DNA of 64,000 bases. Origin: Octopus sinensis (taxonomy: Eukaryota). The notes beneath the pieces were generated by a model, which saw only the letters and a list, made by a program, of their open reading frames with translations, was not told the origin of the DNA and ran no database searches. The DNA is taken from NCBI RefSeq assembly GCF_006345805.1, contig NC_043001.1, positions 111,848,001 through 111,912,000 on the forward strand, written 5' to 3'. Below, piece after piece: positions 12,958 to 25,850 of this stretch (positions are counted from its first letter, which is position 1; every line of letters starts with the position of its first letter). Made by a program: the position numbers and the translations under genes.

Positions 12958-13095
12958 CGATGATGGCAATAATGATGATGATGATGATGATGATAATGAC
13001 GATGATTACGATTATGATGATGAGACGATGATGGTGATGACGATGGTGATGATAATTACGATGATGATAATGGTGGTGATGACGACGACGATGAT
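12958..13095. repeat. Degenerate (GAT)n/(GAC)n repeat
   Basis: Read directly. Confidence 0.9.
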
Positions 13096-13498
13096 GGCAA
13101 TTGTCAGTACACTGGATGTAGTAATACCGAATTAATTCACAAAAATGATTCTGTTGCGGTAATCGGCTTTAATGCTTAGCGAGAGACTGCTTAGCATATA
13201 CGTCTTACGCTTGGTTGTGGAGAAACTAAATTTTCTCTTCCGGTATCTATTTATATATCTATTTATCTACGCTTGAACACTATTACCACACACAAACAGA
13301 GGCACTCACACACACACACAAACATAGGCACACGTACACATGCATATCTAAATACATACATACATATATATATATATACACACAATACGCGCGCGCACAC
13401 ACAAACACACATATATATATCCATATTTGTAGGTATATATATGTATGTATACAAATATTTGTGCATATTATCATATATACGTATATATATATATATAC

Positions 13499-13554
<56 letters not shown>

Positions 13555-13986
13555 CATAGACACGCACATCTAAATATATCATATATATCGTATATATATC
13601 GTATATATATGTGTGTGTATGTATATACATATATATATCATATGTCTACATAAATATATACATAATGATGTGTGTATACACACACACACAAGCACACACA
13701 TAGACCCCCCCACACACACATACACACACACGCACACATATGTAAATAACCGTTTAGTTTTGTTAGGGCAAAAGCCTCAGAATGCGCTCTTAAAAACTCC
13801 TATGGTTCCCTTTGTCGTCAACCACGTGTTAATTCCATCTTCCAGGATAATCCGATGGTATGCTTATACAAAGCGGAACTCCTTTCAGCTTTGGATAAAC
13901 ATAACAATAATAATTCGCGAGAAGAATTTAATAGGACTTATTAATGCATTACAACATACGCTTTTGCACCCCAGTCGTTCATTTTT

Positions 13987-14428
13987 CTCTTTTATTCTTT
14001 TATTTGTTTAAGAGATTTGACCGCGACCATGCTGGAGTATCGCATTTAGTCTACCAAATCGACCCCAAGGCTTATTCTTTGTAAAGCCTAGTACTTATTC
14101 TATCACTCTCTTTGGCCGAACCGCTAAGTTACTGGAACGTTAACACACCAACATCGGTTGTCAAGAGCTGTTGTGGATACAAACACAGAGATTTAAACAT
14201 GTACATACATACATACATACATACATACATACATAACACTCTCCGTGCGTGTGTGTGTGTGTGTACATACACACATACACACACAAATGTACCAAATCCA
14301 TTCACTAGGCTTTGGTCGACCCGAGGCTACAGTAGAAGACACTTGCCCAAGATGCCACGCATTGGGACTGAACCCAGAACCAAGTGGTTGGGAAGCAAGC
14401 TACTTACCACACAGCCACTCCTGCGCCT
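13987..14428 (-). mobile_element. SINE family A (tRNA head ggcgcaggagtggctgtgtggtaag; internal microsatellite)
   Basis: Head with A/B-box-like motifs, body ccttgggcaagtgtcttctact, tail actgaaacaagtaaaagag; many copies in the window. Confidence 0.85.
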
Positions 14429-14785
14429 TGCGAAACGTCTTCCATATTCATAAAAAATTACTTAGCATCACTCTTAATATTTATAAATTTTAGTTTCTTT
14501 TTAAAACTCCATTTCAACGTAGGTGTTTCCTAAGTTGTCGCATTTTTATTTCAGAAACAGAAATATGAAAAAGTAGGGTAAACCCATACTCTCTGTGTTT
14601 GACATGGTCACACTTTACTAATTTTTGTCGCCAGAGAAGACTAGCAAATAGTCACACGCAAGCACTATACATATGCTGCAATGGGGTTAGGACAAACAAG
14701 GATCATTTTATTAGTAGAAACAGCGATGTAAATAGAAGGCATGATGTTGTGGCACCACTCTTTAATTTTATATATGTGGATACTT

Positions 14786-15018
14786 AAGGCGGTGAGCTGG
14801 CAGAAACGTTTGCACGTCGGGCGAAATGCGTAGCCATATATCGTCTGCCGTTACGTTCTGGGTTCAAATTCCGTCGAGGTCGACTTTGCGTTTCATCCTT
14901 TCGGGGTCGATAAATTAAGTACCAGTTACGCACTGGAGTCGATGTAATCGACTTAATCCGTTTGTCTGTCCTTGTTTGTCCCCTCTATGTTTAGCCCCTT
15001 GTGGGCAATAAAGAAATA
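14786..15018 (+). mobile_element. SINE family B, near full length
   Basis: aaggcggtgagctggcagaaacg...gggttcaaattcc...tttcatcctttcggggtcgataaattaagtaccag...aaagaaata. Confidence 0.88.
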
Positions 15019-15847
15019 TATATTTTATTTTCGGTTACACCCCCCTCCACGCATTCCACCCGTTGCACTGTTGACTTCTGCGAAACTGTATTTATCTAGA
15101 TTTTCCAATATATGTTCTTCGTATATAGATCATTAAGAAAATATTTAATCACAAAACCGAATAACAACTGATATGCAAATTAGTATAGACAATAAAGTCT
15201 GGACCTGTTTCACGTCTGATCTAAATAGCTATTGTTATCAGAGAAAACCAAAGTTGTAACATCGAACCGTGTTATGTCAAGACAATAAAACTGATCTGTC
15301 AAGTTTTATGTGCAGACTGTTGGTTGAGAGGGCCTTATCTTATGTAGAATAAAATAGTTCAAGAATATCTGTATATTTTTCTGTGTATGAAGATGTTAAA
15401 ATAGAAAACTGTATTTACGTTTGATGGCAACATATATATATTATAAATTGTAGGTTAACTGCACTAAATTTATCTTAGATTTTCTAATACGCATTGTTTG
15501 TGCATAAAATATTTGAGTGTTTACTCAAACCGCTGATCAATGTACGATATGTAAATTAGTTCTGCGATTTTAGCTAGATCAGGATTTGTGCTGGATTTAA
15601 ATCGATTGCGTGTGGAAGAGTGCGAGGCGTATTTATCCTCCGTTGAGTGGTCAAACATCCATGAAATTTGTCAGGATAATATCGTTATTTTTCCGTAAGC
15701 GAAGAGATTAACATGACGTATTTATATTTCTCCGCTGTTCAGAGCGAAATCTTTACACACTGCAGGCAAACTACATTAAATTTATCTTCCATTTTCTGAT
15801 GTTCGCTCTCCGTGCATAATATATATATATATGTATATAAATATAAC

Positions 15848-15879
<32 letters not shown>

Positions 15880-15935
15880 ATATATATATATTTATATTTA
15901 TATATATATATGTATGTATAAATATATATATATAC

Positions 15936-15970
<35 letters not shown>

Positions 15971-16944
15971 TGTATGTATGTATGTATGTATGTATGAGTA
16001 TGTGTGTTGTTTGTGTGGTATACGTGCCTGCATGTTTGGAAACGTATATCAATATGCATGTATATATAAATATGTGTGTGTGTGTGTATGTGTGCGTGTG
16101 TGTGCGCTTGTGTGTGTGTGAGAGAGAGAAAGAGAGTACATATAATTTTATACATGACAAAACACAATTTTGCTTCTAGAAGATATTAACTACAGTCATG
16201 TGAATAATTCTCCTTGCAGCGAACTTTGCCAAACAAACTCAAATCCTAATCATGCCAAGAAAAAAAAAATACCCAAAAAACCACTGAATTACTTGGACCC
16301 TGCTGAGATCGATCCGTCTTAGTCTTTCCAAATGCTGCGCTGTATAAAAACCGATTATTCCTCCCAGTGAAAGCTTCTCCTTGGTTCAGACTGCATCCCA
16401 TCTCAACAGCTGCTGTCAATCCGCAGGGCTCAAAAGAGGAATAAAACGGAGTACTATTTATCACAAAGAGGAATAAACGGAGTGCTGCTTATTACATTGA
16501 AACCGTATGAGATTATTGGTATGGCTAGCCTGTTTATGGTCTTAGTTTAGTTTTTGGTAATCAACCTGAAGCTTCTCCGACAGCCTTCATTTCTTGTCTT
16601 TTCTCCCATTAGTGAATGTTTAAGCCCATAACCTCCACATATTCTTAGATAAATATAACTGCCCTCGGATTCTAATTTTCATATATATCGGTATCTCTAT
16701 ATCTCTACCTAGTGTTATGTTGCATGTAGTGATAGTTATCCCTTGCTAAATGTGGTCTTGGTACATATACCAATTTCAAATTCCATTCTGATCAAATAAA
16801 AAATTGTTTGGTGCTTATTATTATTTTGGTTTCGCTCAGGTTCGGTCTTATTCCTTGTATGATTCATGTGGGTAGGGGGTTACTACCTATAACCTTACGT
16901 ATCCACAAGTTTACAGCGGTCTTTCAAGTGTTTATTATCATTAT

Positions 16945-17597
16945 TATTATTTTCCGTTTCTCGCCGAGTGTTTTCCGTACACCTAGGACAGAGAAGCTCA
17001 TTGTATGCATTCCCAGATTTCACACGCAAAATCACAGACAAAATATGTATTTAAAAAAATAATAAATAAATAAATTCATAAATGATGTTGTTTTCACAGC
17101 GATAATGCTCTTCTCAGTACATGAGTCTTTCCAGTTAACACGTTTTTTGTACTACCTGTTAGGATGGTAAGCCTGGTATCATTTTCAAATAGGTTTCAGT
17201 ACCATTATTTTATCATTCCTAGAGATCCTACAATCACTGGCACTGTAGTCGCCTTGAGATGCCACATTTTTTCAATTTCTATTAGCAAGTCTTTATATTT
17301 ACTGATCTTGTCAAATTATTTCGCCGCTATATTGTGATCGCAAGGAATACACATGTTAATTAATAAACACACCTTTTTTGTCTGATCTTATATAATAATA
17401 TCCGGTTTATTCGCTTTTATAGTTTTGTTGGTATGTACGGGTAAGTCCCATAGAATCGACACATTTTCTCCTTCAGTCACAGCTTATACCATTTGTCAGC
17501 GGTTTTGATTTTATAATGCCGACATATTGTCCAGTGTAAATACTGGCCGACTCTGTCATGTCTTGCTTTATATTCTACAGGTGCTAAGAATCTACAC
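16945..17597 (-). mobile_element. R4/Dong-like RLE-type non-LTR retrotransposon, 3' fragment
   Basis: Minus frames: GCRFLAPVEYKARHDRVGQYLHWTICRHY, ILWDLPVHTNKTIKANKPDII (PD nuclease motif), KISKYKDLLIEIEKMWHLKATTVPVIVGSLG. Both ends abut (TAA)n-type tracts. Confidence 0.85.
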
Positions 17598-17599
17598 CC

Positions 17600-17639
<40 letters not shown>

Positions 17640-18596
17640 GGGCTTCAATAATACTTGCCATTACATTTTTAATCAACCAAATATGAACCATTCTGTTGCA
17701 CAATGCGTCTCCATCTTTCCTTTAACTTGAAAATATCCTCTTCCCAGAATTGAGGTGGTTTCATGGCAAAGAATTCATCAAGGTATCTTTTACGTCATAC
17801 AAAGAATTGCAATTTTTACAATTAAGACTATTCTGCAGAGACCTGAATAAGTGGAAATCCGAAGGAGCAATATCTGGTGAATATGGAGGGTGGAGTAGCA
17901 CATCCCAGCCGAGCTGCAGCGATTTTTTGTCTGGTTCCCAAAGCATCAAGTACCGAAAACGAACTTTCTTATCTTCCATTTTAAAGGGTTACAGAATTAA
18001 CACAGATTATAGGGACATAAACCTTCTTCCACGAAAAGATAGCTTAATCTGTGCTCTAAATGGAGGTGTAGTCAAATCCTATTTCATGGACTCAACCATG
18101 TTCTAAAATAAGTCGAAATGTAAGCTATTATAAATCGGCATGAACTTTCCGGACAATCCAATATAAACAGTAACACATTATTTTTTTACGTTTCAGTACC
18201 ATTATTTTATCATTCCTAGAGATCCTACAATCACTGGCACTGTAGTCGCCTTGAGATGCCACATTTTTTCAATTTCTATTAGCAAGTCTTTATATTTACT
18301 GATCTTGTCAAATTATTTCGCCGCTATATTGTGATCGCAAGGAATACACATGTTAATTAATAAACACACCTTTTTTGTCTGATCTTATATAATAATATCC
18401 GGTTTATTCGCTTTTATAGTTTTGTTGGTATGTACGGGTAAGTCCCATAGAATCGACACATTTTCTCCTTCAGTCACAGCTTATACCATTTGTCAGCGGT
18501 TTTGATTTTATAATGCCGACATATTGTCCAGTGTAAATACTGGCCGACTCTGTCATGTCTTGCTTTATATTCTACAGGTGCTAAGAATCTACACCC

Positions 18597-18632
<36 letters not shown>

Positions 18633-19184
18633 GGGCTTCAATAATACTTGCCATTACATTTTTAATCAACCAAATATGAACCATTCTGTTGCACAATGCG
18701 TCTCCATCTTTCCTTTAACTTGAAAATATCCTCTTCCCAGAATTGAGGTGGTTTCATGGCAAAGAATTCATCAAGGTATCTTTTACGTCATACAAAGAAT
18801 TGCAATTTTTACAATTAAGACTATTCTGCAGAGACCTGAATAAGTGGAAATCCGAAGGAGCAATATCTGGTGAATATGGAGGGTGGAGTAGCACATCCCA
18901 GCCGAGCTGCAGCGATTTTTTGTCTGGTTCCAAAGCATCAAGTACCGAAAACGAACTTTCTTATCTTCCATTTTAAAGGGTTACAGAATTAACACAGATT
19001 ATAGGGACATAAACCTTCTTCCACGAAAAGATAGCTTAATCTGTGCTCTAAATGGAGGTGTAGTCAAATCCTATTTCATGGACTCAACCATGTTCTAAAA
19101 TAAGTCGAAATGTAAGCTATTATAAATCGGCATGAACTTTCCGGACAATCCAATATAAACAGTAACACATTATTTTTTTACGTT
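17193..19184. repeat. Near-identical ~997-bp direct tandem duplication
   Basis: 17193-18189 and 18190-19184 differ, as far as I can see, only in (TAT)n length and two single-base indels in homopolymers. Confidence 0.95.
17660..18161 (-). mobile_element. Internally deleted mariner (repeated at about 18655-19153)
   Basis: TIR tattggattgtccggaaagttcatgccgattt. The N-terminal MEDKKVRFRYLMLWE is joined directly to the C-terminal LGWDVLLHPPYSPDIAPSDFHLFRSLQN. Confidence 0.88.
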
Positions 19185-20276
19185 CTGATTTTATTTTCCT
19201 AATTTATAAATATTGTACTAATATTTAATATTTGTTCATGGAAAATATGGAATTACACAGAATATAGGGCATGATCAGTAAAACGTTCTGTCTTTTCCAT
19301 CTTGTCTTGACGAGTTCGCTAAACGAACGAAAGCGTTAATAAAGAAATATCCAAAATTGTGACTCCCTATCTTTTGAGCAGATAACGTTTAAACAAGTTA
19401 CGTTTGTAAAGAAAAAATAAAATAAAAACACTAGGAGGATAACCACAGTTACATCAATTCAATATGAAGCAGATGTAAACCATATATTATTGGTTTATTA
19501 AGTGTCCGGTGGTCTAATATTGAATTCCGGTAAGATGTATTGCTTGATATGTGGGCATAAAAAAAGCTCTCGTTCCTTGAATTTATGTATTGGTTGGAGG
19601 TTGACAATTGTTTAATATATACACTCCTTCAAGGGAACATACTGGACATTTTTAGACCGGTTTGATATCGAAATTGGTCCCTTTGTATTTAAGTTTCAAG
19701 ATTAAAACCGAAAGGTTTGTTGTTTGTCTCTTATCACGATACCTAAATGTCGAAAGATGGTTGTTATATTTGGAAAATTTAAATATAGATATAACAACCA
19801 TATTTCGATTTTTGATACACACACCTTCACACACAAACAAAAACACACACACAAACACATAAACAAACAAACGCACATATATGTGAGCTGGTTTGACAGG
19901 CATTCAAACCGAGAACATTTTTTCTTTTACTAGCGTGACCGTGTTGTTTTATTCCTGATGTGTTATATCTGAGCTTCCATAATCCAATATGCCATTCATG
20001 TTTTTTGAATTGGTTCATAATTCTAGCTGATAATCGATCGAGAAGAGGCTGCGTTGTTGGTTTAGCCGAAAGAGTATGTTATTATTGCCGTGATTGAATC
20101 CCTTGTTAAGCCCAGGTTTAGAAAAACTATCATCGAATGCGTTTCTTTCTCCCTTTCTCTTTCTCTATCTCAATCTTTCTCTGCACTTGTATATATATAT
20201 TTATATATATATGCATATATATACATATATGCATATGTGTATATATAGATGTATCTATATTCATATATATATATAC

Positions 20277-20376
<100 letters not shown>

Positions 20377-20404
20377 CATACATACATACATACATACATA
20401 TACA

Positions 20405-20435
<31 letters not shown>

Positions 20436-20930
20436 AGACATACACATACAGCACACACACAAACACACACACACACACATAAATATATACATTCAGCAAT
20501 TCTTTATCATTTTAAAGTTGGCAGGGTTTAATTCAAGGGAAACCTATCTGATGTTTACAGGAGACCAAATGACAAGATAAATACTTCTTCCTTTGTCGAT
20601 AATATGATCTTAGAAATGGCATCCGTATAATTTTTGGGGTGCAACTTTCTCACATTACAACCAAAGTGCAGGCGTTCGGTTACACGGCTAGCAGCTTCAT
20701 GTAGCAGCAAAATTACCTACAAAGCACGCGTGAACCTCCTAGAAAGGATTTCCATCATAGGTTCAAGAGAAACCGGTTAATTTGTAAGTTTTCTCAGTAT
20801 ATGGCTGACATTTTATTTATCGACCGTTAGAATGACGAAAATTAAGTTCGAACTCAAATGTAATGGATGTTAGAATAGGAATACATTAGAAAAATTTTAC
20901 TTAATATAGTCTGATATAGTTCTATGATCT

Positions 20931-21346
20931 TTTACTCTTTTACTTTTTTGCTCTTTTACTTGTTTCAGTCGTTTGACTGTAGCCATGCTGGAGCACCGCC
21001 TTTAGTCGAGCAAATCGAACCCAAGACTTATTCCTTGTAAGCCTAGTACTTATTCTATCGGTCTCTTTTACCGAACCGCTAAGTTACGGGGGACGTAAAC
21101 ACATAGCATCATCGGTTGTCAAGCGATGTTGGGGGACGAACACAGACACGCAAACGTATACACACACGTACATATATATATATATATATATATACGATGG
21201 GCTTCTTTCAGTTTCCGCCTACAAAATCCACTCACAAGGTTCGGGTCGGCCCGAGGCTATAGCAGAAGACACTTTCCCAAAGTGCCACGTAGTGGGACTG
21301 AACCCGGAACCATGTGGTTCGTAAGCAAACTACTTACTACACAGCT
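20931..21346 (-). mobile_element. SINE family A
   Basis: Same head, body and tail as 13987-14428. Confidence 0.85.
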
Positions 21347-23339
21347 ACGATAGAGATAAGTATTTACCACACAGATATAAGCTACCTGCAATATCTTTCA
21401 CATTACGTTTACTGCCCGGTGAAAGCTGACCCTGAGCTTGACACAGAACAATAATACGGGTAGGCATTGCAGATTCGAAACTACAAACAAATCTCTTTCA
21501 TTTGCAAGCTGAGACGATGATATGTATATGAATAAATTACCATAAATTTTATGTCGTACTGAAAACCAATGATGAATAATTAATTGAAGGGGTTTATAAA
21601 AGGAACTTGCGTTTGAATATATTACAAGAATCCAGTATGAACGAAAGACAGTAATCCTGCGTATGTTAAAACGGAATGGTGTTGAAAAGAAGTAGTAAGA
21701 CATGAAGGAGATTAAATTAAAATGATGTAGATTATCGAAATCATACAAACATACAAAAAGAATCGAGATTTCCTTTTCAAATTTAGATGTAGGGAGAAAC
21801 AAGAAGATGGAAATACGTGAGATACATATTATGTGTGTGCGTGTTATATATATATATATATATTATATATATATATAATATATATATATATATATACATA
21901 TGCATATATAAGTTTTATATATATGCATATGTATGTATGTATATATATATATATATGCATATGTATGTATGTATATATATATATATGTATACATATATAT
22001 ATATGTGTATATATATATATATGCGTTAAGAAATGGAATGTTGCCTATGTACACATACACACATTATATTTGTCTGACTATATATACATATATACATACT
22101 TATATATATATATACATGCGTTATTATATACATAAAGACATATGTAAACATGTGAGTAAATGTGCATATATCTATATGCATGTATGTATGTATGTATGTA
22201 TGTATGTATGTATATATATATATATATATAATATATATATATATGCACATTTACTCACATGTTTAGTTAGATGTATATGTGTATGTATGTAATAACGCAT
22301 GTATAGATACACTCAGAAACACACATACATAAATATGTAGTAAAACAATTTTGTGTTCGTAATCCCCAAATAGCACTCAATATTCAAAGTAGAGTTCGTA
22401 CATTCTATTAGCTCTAAAGGCTTTTTCAAACGTTACTCCGTGTTTTGAACGGCGTTGCAGGTCATTCGAAGTATCGCAGAAAGGAAGCAACCTTAAAAAT
22501 ATACATATAATTATATCTGTAAACACATCGACATATGATTAAGCTTCAAGATATTATAGAAATCAATTAGAAACTGCATCTTATATTCATATAATAGATT
22601 CTCAGCTAATACGATGTGATATATTTATATATTCAGATCCAAATCTAGACGATTGTTTTCTTGTCTTCATTTATTATATATGGAAAATACACAGACAAAT
22701 AATAAAAGTGTCTATTGATAATGGCTTTTTCGTGTTGATGAATAATTAAATTATATGTGCTTCAATATTTGAGCATATTTCATCGTTTCGTAAATCCATT
22801 TTCTGGTTAATAAACTGCTTTATCCAGTTGATAGCTGGAAATTACCGAATAAATATGGATGGAACTGCAAGTAATATTTTCCAACTTTTGTTAAATTTGG
22901 AAAACAAAATACTATACACTAAACTTTATTTCACCATGGGCATAGATCGAACCTGCAGCAATTGCCATAGGGGTATATATGTCCAATAACAGATCAATCT
23001 ATTTCATAATTGTTAATATTATCCTTTCAGCTACAAGTATATTTAGATAGTAGTCAGGTATGTTTAAATGTTAAAATGTTTTGATAATTTCACAGTACCT
23101 TTGTAAAGACATATTCATTATTTAACTATTTCTTCACGTTGAGCTACATCAATTGAGAAATAAATAAAGGCAACCCAACTTGAGAGGTAAAATAATAAGG
23201 CTGTTTCATTTATAGAAATGATATGAATTTAGCCTGTTGGAAACGGAAAATGTATTCTCCTTATACTCATTGGAAACTGGTGGTATTGGTACAATTTCAT
23301 CTTACGTTAAATATTTTTATATCACGCTCTTTAGATATT

Positions 23340-23830
23340 TATGTTTAACAAGAAAATATAGTCCGTTTTTGGATTTGGTTTGCAAGATTCTTTCTATGAG
23401 TCTGTGTGTTGAAGCATATTCTGTTGTGTCTGGCGAGAGTGATTTTCTTTTTGTGCCTTATAATGTAACACACTCACCGGTAAAATTTCCACTTATTTCT
23501 TATTTTATGTAGCGAATTTTGGTGGTAACTCTAAAGCATGCATTTCATCTGAATTTAGCTGTACTGCACCATATATTCCGGAGGTGTATTTTTGTTGTTG
23601 TTGTTGTTGTTGAGGATGGCCGTATTGTTTTCCGGGTCCTGGTGACGAAATCCTCTGGTAGTTTACATTCTGACATGATAATCCCGTCGATAATGTTTGG
23701 GTACCTGTATTGATTCTTACCATGCTGAGATTGTTGTTCTTGCTGTTTCAGAAATTTTACCGGTGAGAGTGTTACAGTATAAGGCACAAAAAGAAAATGA
23801 CTCTCCCCAGACACAAAAGAAAATATAGTT
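23340..23830. mobile_element. Inverted pair of fragments of a PLE-pLTR-like repeat (also at 26722-26916)
   Basis: About 23414-23490 is the reverse complement of about 23750-23826 with about 7 mismatches in 77 bp. The same sequence recurs at about 26735-26860. Confidence 0.6.
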
Positions 23831-23853
23831 TTAATGGTTTATGAACACGATAT

Positions 23854-24238
23854 AGGGCGAAATGCGTAGCCGTATTTCGTCTGCCGTTACATTCTGAGTT
23901 CAAATTCCGCCGAAGTCGACTTTGCCTTTCATCCTTTCGGGGTCGATAAATTAAGTACCAGTTACGCACTGGGGTTGATGTAATCGACTTAATCCGTTTG
24001 TCTGTCCTTGTTTCTCCCCTGTGTGTGTAGCCCCTTGTGGGTAGTAAAGAAATAGGTATTTCGTCTGCCGTTACGTTCTGAGTTCAAATTCCGCCGAGGT
24101 CGACTTTGCCTTTCATCCTTTCGGGGTCGATAAATTAAGTACCAGTTACGCACTGGGGTTGATATAATCGACTTAATCCGTTTGTCTGTCCTTGTTTGTC
24201 CCGTCTGTGTTTAGCTCCTTGTGGGTAGTAAAGAAATA
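23854..24238 (+). mobile_element. Head-to-tail dimer of 5'-truncated family B SINEs inside one 18-bp TSD
   Basis: Units 23854-24056 and 24057-24238. Flanks are ggtttatgaacacgatat (23836-23853) and ggtttatgaaaacgatat (24239-24256). Confidence 0.85.
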
Positions 24239-24522
24239 GGTTTATGAAAACGATATCATTATCGGAAAGAACATAATCTTTTTCAGAAATATACATCTCA
24301 TATATAGTTTCCTCTTAATCCTGTCCTCCATATAAATAGATTCCATGTTTAAAGCTACCACCAATTTATGTAAGAAGGTTAATGAAATCCATTTTTAGGA
24401 TTTAATGTGAAAATGAACTGTCTAATATTTCTAACGAAAATGTTTTTGATTATCAGAATATGGTTGAAATCTATAGCATTTTAATACTACACATCTTTAG
24501 GTTTAATATAATTAGCTTAACC

Positions 24523-24636
24523 TTGAGTATTGTATAAGAAATTAACAATAATATATTCGTATCTGTTAATAAGGAAATTTGAGTATTGTATAAGAAATTA
24601 ACAATAATATATTCGTATCTGTTAATAAGGAAATTT
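24523..24636. repeat. 56-bp perfect tandem duplication
   Basis: ttgagtattgtataagaaattaacaataatatattcgtatctgttaataaggaaat occurs twice. Confidence 0.9.
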
Positions 24637-25479
24637 AGTATACCAAGCAATGTCTAGCTATTATATGTAACTCCAAACACAATAATCTTAAAACAAAGAT
24701 TGGAAAGTATTATGCACGGTAATATTAATGTTAGAATGACAAGTTCGAATGAAGCCTTTACCGAATTGATTCACCTACTCAAGTAAAAATTTATTTTTAC
24801 CACTGGAACACAGAAAGGGGATATTTGCGCTCAAAATTTCTCCATTAATTGTGAAAAGCGGTTTCAACCAACGGATTTGAAAGAATCTGTACTTATGCTG
24901 CGAGGAGCGGAGACACCGACCGGGACACTTTTTTAAAAAGACAGTTCTTCAGATTTTCTTCAGTTTTTTCACATAATTCATCCCATATCTCTTTATAAGG
25001 CAAGAATCAAATAAGTTTAATGTTTATGAAAAGCGGAATTAGAGGAGATATTGATGAAGTATTACAACTTCAGAAATTATATACTTTTTCTTTTTTGTAA
25101 GTGGATAATTAACATGTTTACGAGATGACTACAAAATTTAATTACGCATGTAATATGTTAAGAAGAGTAGATTTTACTCCCTCAGTCGGTATATATTTAT
25201 GAAGCTGCTTATTATTTATGTAATTGATCTAATTGGTCACTAGTAACTATTATTCTATAACGGAAGAGAAGCATGAGTTTTAATCTGAAAATTGACTTAA
25301 TTTAAAATAAATTTACTGACTATATAGATCGAACTTCATACCGGTTATCCGTTAATCTAATCTTAGATTAGTAATGAAATTACCCTTAAAGTCTTTAAAT
25401 GTGATATATAATCTCTGAAACACTAAAATTTCTAATCTGTCGTCTATGTTTAGGTACTTACTTGTACTTATACTTGTGG

Positions 25480-25850
25480 CGACATTCACCCTGGGCGGTT
25501 TGAGTCGGCTTCTTCCACCACCCTCGAGTCATCTCGAACCATGGCAGTGGAAGAAGTTTCGTGGGAATATGAATTTCACAAGCGGTCCCCAATAATCCCG
25601 CATGTAGAGACATCCTGTTTGCCGCAGATTGTCCGCAGACGCAGGGACAGAACGACCGAGGAGCCGCCGCCGGTTGGCGAAACAGACACTCCGATAATTT
25701 TCACCAGATGTGGCCCTAATACCACTCGGTGTTAGACCAATCCGCCTTGGGTGGCCCTACCAGGAACCGAAGTTCCCGATGGCATAGCTCTGACACTACC
25801 CGTTGCCAGCGTCCCCACCACGGTGAGGAGGGGATGGACTTTGGGGACGA
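25480..25850 (-). mobile_element. GC-rich fragment resembling an RTE LINE 5' UTR
   Basis: Minus strand ccgtggtggggacgc...gagctatgccatcgggaacttcggttcctggtagggccacccaaggcgg resembles RTE 5' leaders as I recall them; no database check was possible. Confidence 0.5.

Noticed and set aside
15555-15698. 47-codon frame ending at a CC|gtaagc donor
   Set aside because: Weak acceptor, no homology, and a length expected by chance.
21398-21802. 134-aa minus-strand ORF
   Set aside because: Phe/Ile-rich composition typical of AT-rich non-coding DNA; no domain recognised.
24780-24995. Short protein-like frames on both strands
   Set aside because: At most about 50 codons, without supporting splice signals.
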